Assembly (NCBI GenBank): GCA_964363955.1
Contig: CAYIKG010000001.1
Location: 1 to 39,002 of the forward strand
Source of the DNA: an uncultured archaeon
Lineage (GTDB): Archaea > Aenigmatarchaeota > Aenigmatarchaeia > GW2011-AR5
DNA: 39,002 nt
Reading direction: 5' to 3'
The translations under genes were made by a program, and so were the position numbers. The notes below the pieces were generated by a model that saw only the letters and a list, made by a program, of their open reading frames with translations, ran no database searches and was not told the origin of the DNA. This document shows positions 7,752 to 15,665 of the stretch, piece by piece; positions within the stretch are counted from its first letter, which is position 1; each line of letters opens with the position of its first letter.

Positions 7752-8269
7752 TGTTTTTCTGCAATTCTATATACATGGTTACAGCTTTATCAAATGCAGA
7801 AACTGAAAGTCAACTAAGGCAATTGCACCAAGATTTTGGTAACTCTCCGTTTCGTTCAAGAAACAATGAAATTTTTGATCGTCTTTCTGAATTAGGTTAT
7901 TTGACTCGTGCACCATTGGGATCTAATCCACATGATCCAGTTGAATATAGATTAAAACCTGATGTAATTGAATCAATCTCTTCGAACTTCAGATGGGAAG
8001 AAAGGCCTTATACTTATGCAGGGCCTACTAATAGACGCCAAAGTTTATTTGAGCCATATAAACTAGAATTTGTTTCCTTGTTTTCAGGTAATGTTTTTAC
8101 TTATATGGAATTTTCTCAATTTCTTGATTATAAGGGAATAGAAATGCCTAATCCTGCATCATTTCTATCCGAATTGTTCGGTGGCGGTTTTTTAAAAAGA
8201 CGGCGCCTTTATGTAAACGGTAACAGTAGATACGAATACGTGATTATCGAAAAGGCTTTTGGTGGTTGA
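7751..8269 (+). CDS. Hypothetical 172-aa protein, possibly two winged-helix-like halves
   Basis: Its ATG overlaps the aminotransferase TAA (taATG), and its TGA is followed directly by the lplB ATG. IFDRLSELGYLTR...EYRL and FLSELFGGGFLKRR...YEYVI look winged-helix-like, which is weak evidence. Confidence 0.55.
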   Translation: MFFCNSIYMVTALSNAETESQLRQLHQDFGNSPFRSRNNEIFDRLSELGYLTRAPLGSNPHDPVEYRLKPDVIESISSNFRWEERPYTYAGPTNRRQSLFEPYKLEFVSLFSGNVFTYMEFSQFLDYKGIEMPNPASFLSELFGGGFLKRRRLYVNGNSRYEYVIIEKAFGG

Positions 8270-8551
8270 ATGCACGGTGTCGCAACTGAGAAAGTGCCCA
8301 GCGGCAAGCTTTTGCGCGTCAAAGTCGATTATGACGATATTATTAGACACGTTTCTATTACAGGCGATTTCTTCCTTCATCCAGAAGAGGGCATAGAAAA
8401 AATAGAATCAGCGTTGTTTGGATTGAACGCAAATGATGGCGAAGAAAAAATAACAAGCATCATCAAAGAAGTTATTGAAGAAAACAATATAGAGCTTATC
8501 GGCGTCGATGCAGAAGCAATTGCAAGAAATATCAAAGCGGCGATGAAATGA
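8270..8551 (+). CDS. lplB: Lipoate-protein ligase accessory (C-terminal domain) subunit
   Basis: 93 aa. GKLLRVKVDYDD..I..VSITGDFFLHPEE is typical of the separate C-terminal-domain subunit found in Thermoplasma-type split ligases. It overlaps lplA by 4 nt. Confidence 0.75.
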   Translation: MHGVATEKVPSGKLLRVKVDYDDIIRHVSITGDFFLHPEEGIEKIESALFGLNANDGEEKITSIIKEVIEENNIELIGVDAEAIARNIKAAMK

Positions 8552-9291
8552 ACTGGCGTGTGATTCCATTAGCAGCAAATGATGCGTTCATGAATATGGC
8601 TATAGACGAAGCTGTCACTGAAAGTGTTGCTGAAGGCTCTGCGCCAACTATAAGATTTTTCAGGTGGCTGCCATCTGCAGTGAGCATCGGGTATTTCCAA
8701 GGCCTTCGCGATGAAGTGGATGTTGAAAGATGCGGCGAGCTTGGCATTCACATAGTGCGCCGCCGCACTGGCGGAGGAGCTGTATATCATGATTACGATG
8801 GCGAGATAACTTACAGTATTATAGCTCCAGAAAACATGTTCCCGCACGGCATCAGGGAGTCTTACAATGTAATATGCGAATTGATAATAAGAAGCCTGAA
8901 GCATTTAGGCATCGAAAGCGAGTTCAAGCCAATAAATGACATAATCACGAGTGGCAAGAAAATCTCTGGCAATGCGCAGACAAGAAGGAATGGTATCCTG
9001 CTGCAGCACGGCACCATACTTTATGATCTTGATGTGCGAAAGATGTTCTCTCTGCTGAAAGTAGGCCAGGAAAAAATATCAGATAAACTGATACAAGCTG
9101 TTGAAGACCGCGTTACGTGCGTGAAAAAGCTGAAAGAAACGAGCATGGATGAACTATACCAAGCGCTTGTCAAAGGATTTACAGAAGACAAAGACCACAC
9201 GTTCGAACAACTTACAGATACTGAGCTAAATCGTGCAAAAGAATTGGCAGAAGAAAAGTATTCAAGAGAGGAATGGAATTTTATGCGGTGA
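8548..9291 (+). CDS. lplA: Lipoate-protein ligase A, catalytic subunit
   Basis: NMAIDEAV, TIRFFRW.PSAVSIGYFQ, RRRTGGGAVYHD, GKKISGNAQTRR, LLQHGTILYD. Confidence 0.9.
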   Translation: MNWRVIPLAANDAFMNMAIDEAVTESVAEGSAPTIRFFRWLPSAVSIGYFQGLRDEVDVERCGELGIHIVRRRTGGGAVYHDYDGEITYSIIAPENMFPHGIRESYNVICELIIRSLKHLGIESEFKPINDIITSGKKISGNAQTRRNGILLQHGTILYDLDVRKMFSLLKVGQEKISDKLIQAVEDRVTCVKKLKETSMDELYQALVKGFTEDKDHTFEQLTDTELNRAKELAEEKYSREEWNFMR

Positions 9292-9331
9292 GTTTCTCTG
9301 CAACTACGTCCCTTTCATTAATAAATTCAAT

Positions 9332-9343
9332 ATGAAAACGCCT
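9332..9343 (+). repeat. 12-nt direct repeat atgaaaacgcct: orphan copy of the cobW-like start codon region
   Basis: Identical to 9888-9899, the first four codons (MKTP) of the CobW-family gene. Here it opens only a 10-codon ORF, MKTPGCAAAR*. Confidence 0.7.
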
Positions 9344-9349
9344 GGCTGT

Positions 9350-9417
9350 GCTGCAGCACGGTAGAAGAGCTCGTAGAAGAAAAGTACTCAAAGAAGAATG
9401 GAATTTACAGGGTCTGA
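9350..9417 (+). pseudogene. Fragmentary relic of a second, diverged lplA
   Basis: gctgcagcacgg (9350-9361) is identical to lplA 9000-9011 (LQHG). 9364-9417 (gaagagctcgtagaagaaaagtactcaaagaagaatggaattt...tga) aligns with the lplA 3' end at 9241-9291 (ELAEEKYSREEWNF) with one indel. Confidence 0.5.
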
Positions 9418-9770
9418 CCGCCGTATGACGGAGACCTACGTCTTCGCCCTAGTACAGGTTCTCCTGGTTCTTCTATTTGCATAAAACAGTGCGGCTCTAA
9501 AAAGCCGTGCTCGGCAAAATATCGCTTGAGCAAAGCTGCTTCATCTCGCGATACTGTGCATATTTCAACAACACGATCACGACTGCCATTTTCAGGCTTT
9601 ACGTCTCCTACATATCCGGCTGCAAAACTTCCTCTATCCAGGCTTGTTTTTGGATTATATTCGCCAACAAGATAAAGTTTACCGCCAAGATAGATTATTT
9701 CCGGAGGCCTACTATATTCGCCAAGATCTCCGCTAATGTCTGGCTTTGGGAATCTGAAAGATACTGCCAC
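9405..9770 (-). CDS. Hypothetical 121-aa protein (ORFan)
   Basis: Clean ORF whose 3' end overlaps the lplA relic. There is an A/T-rich stretch about 25 nt upstream of its ATG. No family recognised. Confidence 0.5.
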   Translation of the reverse strand: MAVSFRFPKPDISGDLGEYSRPPEIIYLGGKLYLVGEYNPKTSLDRGSFAAGYVGDVKPENGSRDRVVEICTVSRDEAALLKRYFAEHGFLEPHCFMQIEEPGEPVLGRRRRSPSYGGQTL

Positions 9771-9858
9771 ATTGATTTATTTACTGTAAAGCTAATAAAA
9801 CTCTGTTCCAGGACTGCCAGAAAATAAATTATATATATACTGATATTTCTTGCATGAC

Positions 9859-9865
9859 TATAAAA
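9859..9865 (+). promoter_or_regulatory. TATA-like box tataaaa upstream of the CobW-family gene
   Basis: Its centre is about 26 nt upstream of ATG 9888. Confidence 0.4.
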
Positions 9866-9887
9866 CGTCTCTGCATAATAGTCGTAC

Positions 9888-10748
9888 ATGAAAACGCCTA
9901 TAACTATAATTACTGGCTATCTTGGCAGCGGGAAGACATCGTTGATAAGGCATATCCTTGACAACGCTGACAGGCGATTTGCAGTAGTCATGAACGAATT
10001 CGGCGAGCTCGGTATAGACGGCAAAACCATCAAGGGAAAAAATATCGACATAATCGAGCTTTCTGGCGGCTGCGTCTGCTGCTCCATGAGCGGAGAATTT
10101 GCACAGGCAGTGGATGAGATCGTGGCCTTGCAGCCTGACCATATAATAATCGAAACAACAGGCGTTGTCGATCCAGAAGCTCTCATCTACGATGTCCTTG
10201 AAAACATGCCACAGTTAAAATTAGACAGCGTTGTGTGCGTTGTCGATTCATACGCTGCAGCGAATTACGGCATTGGCCATACGGCACGTAGCCAAATCGA
10301 GATGGCGGACATATTGCTCGTTAACAAAGCCGATCTCATAGACAAAGACAAGATTCTAGAAATTCAAGAGCAATTAGAAAAAATAAACTCGACAGCAGCA
10401 AAAATACGCACCATAAAATGCAGGACAGAACCTGGCCTGATTTTCGGCATGTACACAGAAAAAATTGCGAAACACGGAAAACATGATACAGAAGACGTGA
10501 AAACATTTGTTTTTGCAACTGAAAGAAAAACAGATAAAGTGAAGTTTGAAAATTTCCTGCGTGAAATGAAAGGAGTTGTTCGTGCAAAGGGCTTCGTTGT
10601 CTTAGAGGACAGTTCTTATTTATTCAACTACGTGAACGGCAGGTTTGATTTCGAGAAATTTCCTGCTGAAAAGACCGAGCTTGTATTTATCGGGGAGAAA
10701 TTTGATAAGGAGAAGTTAGAAAAAGACCTAGAAAGCTTATTCAGCTAA
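9888..10748 (+). CDS. CobW/COG0523-family metallochaperone GTPase
   Basis: ITGYLGSGKTSLI (P-loop), GCVCCS metal motif, IIIETTG, LVNKADL. Confidence 0.9.
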   Translation: MKTPITIITGYLGSGKTSLIRHILDNADRRFAVVMNEFGELGIDGKTIKGKNIDIIELSGGCVCCSMSGEFAQAVDEIVALQPDHIIIETTGVVDPEALIYDVLENMPQLKLDSVVCVVDSYAAANYGIGHTARSQIEMADILLVNKADLIDKDKILEIQEQLEKINSTAAKIRTIKCRTEPGLIFGMYTEKIAKHGKHDTEDVKTFVFATERKTDKVKFENFLREMKGVVRAKGFVVLEDSSYLFNYVNGRFDFEKFPAEKTELVFIGEKFDKEKLEKDLESLFS

Positions 10749-11978
10749 AAGCAGTTCTGTATTCTCAAGATACATTATTATTTTGTTTACAAATCTCGCT
10801 GCTTCTGCGCCATCGACAATCCTGTGGTCAAAGCTCAATGACAGCGGCAGGACTTTTCTGGTTCGCGGAATCCCGGCTTTCATAACCACTTTATCTCTTA
10901 CCCTTCCTGTTGCGAGTATTGCGGCCTCTGGTGGGTTTATTATAGGTGTTGCATGAATGCCGCCTATGACACCGACATTCGTTATCGTGAACGTTCCTCC
11001 TTTCAAATCAGCTAGATCAATTTTCCTCTCTTGGGCCCTCCGAGCCAAAGACTCTATTTCCCTTGCTAGTGCATAGATGTCTTTCTGGTCAGCGCCCTTG
11101 ATAACAGGCACGATCAAGCCATCAGGTGTGTCTACAGCAATGCCAATGTTGTAATATTTTTTCAGTATTATCTCTTCATGCTCATCGTCGAGCATTGCAT
11201 TCATGTATGGATGAGCCTGCAATGCCTTTACAACAGCTCTGATGGCATATGGAAGGTATGTAATGTGTATTCCTTTTTCTAATGCCTTTCTTTTTTCCTC
11301 ATTCCTTATTTTATACAATTCAGTCACATCTGCCTCGTCCATATGCGTTACGTGCGGCGCTGTGTAGAATGATTTTGACATGTTTTTTGCTATTGCCTTA
11401 CGCACACCTTTTAGTGGCACGTGTTCGATGTAGCCGTACACATCGTATTTTTTTGTTATTTTTATGGTTGGTGCTTCTTCTTTAGATTCTTCTTGCTTCA
11501 ATGATTGTGCGTATTTTCTCACGTCTTCTTCAGTTATGCGGTTATCACTGCCCGTGCCCTTTACCTGAAATAAATCAACATTAAGTTCACGGGCAAGGCG
11601 CCGTGTTGCAGGTGTTGCGAGTACTTGCGGCTCTTGCCTTTCTATTGCTTTTTTCATCAGAGGCTTTTCAACGTCTGCTGCCTCCTCAAGGTAGCCGACA
11701 GCTCCGGCTGGCTTTACTTCAGGTGTTTTTTCTGTAATTTCTCCAGTATCAATAATAACTAAAACTTCTCCTACCTTTACAGTATCGCCTTCTTTGTGAA
11801 AGATCTTAGAAATCGTGCCGCTCTTCGGAGAAGGCATTTCAACTATGGCTTTGTCTGTCTCGATTTCTGCAAGTATATCATGCTCCTTAACAGCACTACC
11901 TTCCTTAACGTGCCACTTTACTATTTCGCCTTCGGTTATACCTTCGCCAACATCAGGGAATTTAAACTCATAAGCCAT
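10737..11978 (-). CDS. Dihydrolipoamide acyltransferase (E2) of a 2-oxoacid dehydrogenase complex
   Basis: Lipoyl domain (AEIETDKAIVEMPSP), E1/E3-binding domain (ATPATRRLARELNVDL), and catalytic domain with DHRIVDG. Confidence 0.95.
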   Translation of the reverse strand: MAYEFKFPDVGEGITEGEIVKWHVKEGSAVKEHDILAEIETDKAIVEMPSPKSGTISKIFHKEGDTVKVGEVLVIIDTGEITEKTPEVKPAGAVGYLEEAADVEKPLMKKAIERQEPQVLATPATRRLARELNVDLFQVKGTGSDNRITEEDVRKYAQSLKQEESKEEAPTIKITKKYDVYGYIEHVPLKGVRKAIAKNMSKSFYTAPHVTHMDEADVTELYKIRNEEKRKALEKGIHITYLPYAIRAVVKALQAHPYMNAMLDDEHEEIILKKYYNIGIAVDTPDGLIVPVIKGADQKDIYALAREIESLARRAQERKIDLADLKGGTFTITNVGVIGGIHATPIINPPEAAILATGRVRDKVVMKAGIPRTRKVLPLSLSFDHRIVDGAEAARFVNKIIMYLENTELLLAE

Positions 11979-12153
11979 GTAAAAAGTTGTTAAAGATGGT
12001 TTAAAAATCTATTTTGATTTGATCTCCTTCAGGAATTCCTCTATATCTTTCTCTAATTCCTTCTCATCAATATTTATTTTGTATTTCTCAGCTAACCGAA
12101 GCGCAAAAACAAACAGAAGCATCTTCCTGTCATTTATTTTCAGAAACAGTATT

Positions 12154-12213
12154 TATAGCACTGCAAAGGGACTTTGCGTGCTATAAGTGAAGTCAGAATG
12201 ACTTCACATTATA
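12154..12213 (-). terminator. Two abutting near-perfect hairpins at the 3' end of the 12209-13060 ORF
   Basis: 12154-12185: tatagcac(t)gcaaag / gga / ctttgcgtgctata. 12182-12213: tataagtgaagtca / gaa / tgacttcac(a)ttata. Each has a 14-bp stem, one bulged base and a 3-nt loop. They share TATA at 12182-12185, and the second overlaps the stop codon. Confidence 0.5.
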
Positions 12214-13060
12214 ACTTGTATTTCTTCAAAAGCTCTGGAAACGGGAGTTCCACTAGGTCTGATGCAACTTGGGCCAACAGCTCTTGTCTGACCTTTTCAA
12301 TATCAACATTAGCAGAAATTACATCAATTTTCCCTTCTGGAGCAGAACCCCGAACCAGGCGAAACCCATCAAGGGAATTCGCATCCCAGCGCCCAAAGCC
12401 CGCGTCGACGAGCAGGCACCCCCCGGCCTCATCGAGGAGCCAGCCGGACCTGCGACCTACGGCAACGTCATAATGACCTGATGTGCCGTCTAAGCTAGGA
12501 GTTGCGTTAAACCAAAAATGAGTAGTATAAGGATTATGAGGAAAATGTCTATTTTCTATTGTAACTCTCGGAACGCCAAAAACTTCGTCCCATTCAGCAA
12601 CAAGGCGTCCGCCGCCTTCTGGAACCAGAATTTCTCCAACTACTTTGTCCCCTTCGAGTACTTCTCTGATCCAATACTTTCTGCCCAAGACATCTGTTTC
12701 ATACTTACCTGTTTCCCTTCCTTTCGGCACGCGAAGTCTTGTTTCTGTCCGTTGCCAGGCATACCAGCCGTCGTTTTTTCTGCCGAAGAGGTCGTTGAAA
12801 ACTTCTGCTTTTCTCGGGTCATTGCCGGCGCGCTCTAATGCAAGCTGGATAGCAAGCTCTTCGCCAGCTGTAGACATCCTCATGCCTTCTGGAATCTCGG
12901 CTTTAGAATCATAATAATGTTTGCCTGTCCTTACAAGACCTCTTGAATAATTTACATCACCGCCTGCGTGCTTGTAAGCCACTCCAAGCGTTGGATAGAC
13001 GGAACTAACAGCCGGTACAACGAGTCTTTCCTTCAGTTCTGGTAAAGATGCTGTCGCCAT
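12209..13060 (-). CDS. Hypothetical ~283-aa protein (ORFan) inserted between E1beta and E2
   Basis: Long clean ORF. ATG 13060 is preceded by AAGTGA; the alternative GTG at 13069 gives 286 aa. No motif recognised. It contains a GC-rich patch at 12361-12480. Confidence 0.7.
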   Translation of the reverse strand: MATASLPELKERLVVPAVSSVYPTLGVAYKHAGGDVNYSRGLVRTGKHYYDSKAEIPEGMRMSTAGEELAIQLALERAGNDPRKAEVFNDLFGRKNDGWYAWQRTETRLRVPKGRETGKYETDVLGRKYWIREVLEGDKVVGEILVPEGGGRLVAEWDEVFGVPRVTIENRHFPHNPYTTHFWFNATPSLDGTSGHYDVAVGRRSGWLLDEAGGCLLVDAGFGRWDANSLDGFRLVRGSAPEGKIDVISANVDIEKVRQELLAQVASDLVELPFPELLKKYKL

Positions 13061-13328
13061 GAAATTCACTTATATCGTTTAAACCGTAAAGTATTTAACC
13101 TTTACCATCACTGTTTGGTAGCGACTTTCTGATAGTTGATAATTTCCAGATTACATGACTCACGCATTATCGCTGCTTTGATGCGCAATTGGCGATGGCC
13201 AAGACTACGATGTGAAGAAATTGAATTTCTGTCAAGAAACAATTGCTCAGAGAGGGTGCTTTGTATTTTACCCTCTTTTCTTCCAGTTGCTGTTAAGCTC
13301 GTCAAGAATCTGATCGCCCAGCTCATAA

Positions 13329-14297
13329 TTAAAACTTCATTACATCTTCGATGCTTTTATTTATGCGCTCTGCGTTTGGCATATAATTTGCTTCGAGCTT
13401 TGGCAAAGGCACAACAATGTCATAGCCTGTGACGCGCTTCACAGGTGCTTTCAGATAGAGCAATGATTTTTCAGCTATTAATGCTGCAAGCTCTGATGAG
13501 AAGCTGCATGTCCTTTGAGCTTCCTGAACGATAATGGCGCGACCTGTCTTTTGCACAGATTTTATTATTGTCTCTTCATCCAGTGGTGATAGTGTGCGAA
13601 CATCGATGAGCTCTATGCTGTATTTGCTATTTGCAATAACTTCTTTGCACGTGCGCAGCACAGCGCCCCAGCTTATGATTGTGATATCAGTTCCATCTTG
13701 AATAACTTTACATTTAGATAATGGAATTGTATATTCTTCTTCAGGTACTTCTTCCTTTATTGCACGGTAAACACGCTTTGGCTCTAAAAAGACTACTGGA
13801 TCCGGATCGCGTATCGCAGATATAAGAAGGCCCTTTGCTTCGTAAGGTGTTGAAGGCACAACAACCTTGATGCCTGGCGTATGGCAGAAATAAGCTTCTG
13901 GTGAATCACTGTGGTGCTCTAATGCGCGTATGCCTCCGCCGTATGGAACGCGAACAACAAGGGGCACGTGAAAACGTCCTCTTGATCGATTTCTGATACG
14001 ACCTGCGTGATTTATTATCTGGTTGAGCGTGAGAAAAGAGAATCCATCAAATTGTATTTCTGCTATCGGCTTCATGCCATATACAGCTAAGCCAATTGAG
14101 ACACCGGCAATAGCTGCTTCAGCCAATGGCGTGTCAATAACACGGTTATCGCCATATTGCTGCCACAATCCTTCTGTGACGCGAAACACTCCGCCGTTTT
14201 TGCCAACATCCTCGCCCAGCATGATTACTGTACTGTCTTTTGCCATTTCCTGTCTCAATGCCAAATTAATTGCCTGGACCATGTTCATCACGGGCAT
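13329..14297 (-). CDS. 2-oxoacid (pyruvate/branched-chain) dehydrogenase E1 component, beta subunit
   Basis: 322 aa with transketolase-like pyrimidine-binding and C-terminal domains (DTPLAEAAIAG, EIQF.DF). GGTGAT SD motif 3 nt upstream. Confidence 0.95.
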   Translation of the reverse strand: MPVMNMVQAINLALRQEMAKDSTVIMLGEDVGKNGGVFRVTEGLWQQYGDNRVIDTPLAEAAIAGVSIGLAVYGMKPIAEIQFDGFSFLTLNQIINHAGRIRNRSRGRFHVPLVVRVPYGGGIRALEHHSDSPEAYFCHTPGIKVVVPSTPYEAKGLLISAIRDPDPVVFLEPKRVYRAIKEEVPEEEYTIPLSKCKVIQDGTDITIISWGAVLRTCKEVIANSKYSIELIDVRTLSPLDEETIIKSVQKTGRAIIVQEAQRTCSFSSELAALIAEKSLLYLKAPVKRVTGYDIVVPLPKLEANYMPNAERINKSIEDVMKF

Positions 14298-14597
14298 CTA
14301 ATCACCGTCTCCATCAGAATCATAAACTTCGTCTATCATCTCTGCCAGCTCAAAATCCTTTTCAGTAAGCCCGCCTTCTGAATGCGTTGTTATCAAAAAA
14401 GTTATATTCTGGTAAGTGAGAAAAACATCAGGATGGTGGTTAATTTTTTCAGCTACACCTGCAATCTTGTTGAGAAAATTCGTGCCAGCAATAAAGCTGC
14501 CTGTGCTGAACGTCTTTTTTATAGCAATGCCTTCCTTTTTCCAGCCCTCAAGCTTGGCTAATTCGTTTTCTATCTCATTTTCAGATAGCTTCATCAC
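14298..14597 (-). CDS. Pterin-4a-carbinolamine dehydratase (PCD/DCoH)-family protein
   Basis: 99 aa. L..LEGW...I.K.F.F, then AEKINHHPD......ITFLITTHSEGGLTEKD. Its start overlaps the E1alpha stop (ATGTGATG), its stop abuts the E1beta start, and GGAGG lies 7 nt upstream. Confidence 0.85.
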   Translation of the reverse strand: MMKLSENEIENELAKLEGWKKEGIAIKKTFSTGSFIAGTNFLNKIAGVAEKINHHPDVFLTYQNITFLITTHSEGGLTEKDFELAEMIDEVYDSDGDGD

Positions 14598-15640
14598 ATT
14601 TCCTCCATCTCATCTTTCAATTGCTGCGGCATTTCTGCGAACGTGTAATTGAAAATATCCTGCTTCTCCGGTGCTTGCAGTGCCTCTGCTTTCTTCACAG
14701 CTTCCTCGACCTTGGCAACAGCTTCGTCGCGCACATTCTTTTCATATTCTTCGCTCCAAAGATCTTTGGCTGACATGTATTTTTTCAGTCTGTCTATCGG
14801 ATCTTTTTTCATCCATTCATCAACTTCTTCCTGCGTGCGGTAACGCTTTGCATCATCCGCTGTCGTATGATCAGACAAGCGGTACGTGATGCACTCTACA
14901 AGCGTCGGGCCTTTTTTTGCCTTTTCAAGCGCTTCCCTTGTTGCACGGTAAACAGCAAAAACGTCGTTGCCATCGACTTGTACGCAGTCAAAGCCGTAGG
15001 CTATTGCCTTTTGCGCCAATGTTTCAGACGCGGTCTGCCTGCTTCTTGGCACAGATATTGCCCACTGGTTGTTCTGGCAGACAAAGACAATTGGAAGTTT
15101 GAACACGCCAGCGAAATTCAGGGCCTCGTGGAAGTCGCCTTCAGAAGTTGCGCCGTCGCTAAAATAAACAATTACTGCTAAGTCATCGCCTTTGAGCTTT
15201 GCGCCCCACGCAAAGCCAACAGCATGAGGTATTTGCGAAGCCACGGGTATTGCCATTGTAAAAATATTTATGCCATCAGGCACCTTCATGCCGCGCTCAT
15301 CGCCGCTCCAGTACTGATAAAGCATCTCCATCGGATAACCGCGCGCAATAAATGCTGCATTCTCGCGGAAGGCGGGGAATACCCAGTCTTTTTCATTTGC
15401 AGCGAGCGCTGAGCCAATCTGGCATGCTTCCTGACCTTTGCCAGAAGCATAAGTCAAGATGCGACCTTCTCTTTGAAGACGCACTGCATATTCATCAAAC
15501 GTGCGTGAAAGAATCATGAGCTCGTACATCTTTTTTATTTCAGCTTCACTCAGTTTTGGCATTAATTGCTCATCGCAAACGCCATTTTCATCAAGTATCT
15601 GCAGGTAATCGACATTAAAAGATGCAATTACTTTTTTCAT
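14594..15640 (-). CDS. 2-oxoacid dehydrogenase E1 component, alpha subunit (ThDP-binding)
   Basis: 348 aa with the GDGATSEGDFHEALNFA ThDP motif region. Confidence 0.95.
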   Translation of the reverse strand: MKKVIASFNVDYLQILDENGVCDEQLMPKLSEAEIKKMYELMILSRTFDEYAVRLQREGRILTYASGKGQEACQIGSALAANEKDWVFPAFRENAAFIARGYPMEMLYQYWSGDERGMKVPDGINIFTMAIPVASQIPHAVGFAWGAKLKGDDLAVIVYFSDGATSEGDFHEALNFAGVFKLPIVFVCQNNQWAISVPRSRQTASETLAQKAIAYGFDCVQVDGNDVFAVYRATREALEKAKKGPTLVECITYRLSDHTTADDAKRYRTQEEVDEWMKKDPIDRLKKYMSAKDLWSEEYEKNVRDEAVAKVEEAVKKAEALQAPEKQDIFNYTFAEMPQQLKDEMEEM

Positions 15641-15665
15641 ATTGATTTTTACATTTGTACGATAT

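Noticed and set aside
12009-12122. 37-aa minus-strand ORF (MLLFVFALRLAEKYKINIDEKELEKDIEEFLKEIKSK) upstream of E2
   Set aside because: It is too short to support, and no similarity was recognised. It could be a chance ORF in AT-rich DNA.
12154-12213. Integron attC-like interpretation of the bulged hairpins
   Set aside because: No intI-type integrase, no cassette array, and the arms do not fit the RYYYAAC/GTTRRRY core-site consensus.
13108-13326. 72-aa minus-strand ORF immediately after E1beta (and the overlapping plus-strand ORF 13136-13432)
   Set aside because: No motif, and an unremarkable composition without clear secondary-structure periodicity. It may simply be the non-coding left flank of the inserted segment. 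Kept only as context for the insertion finding.
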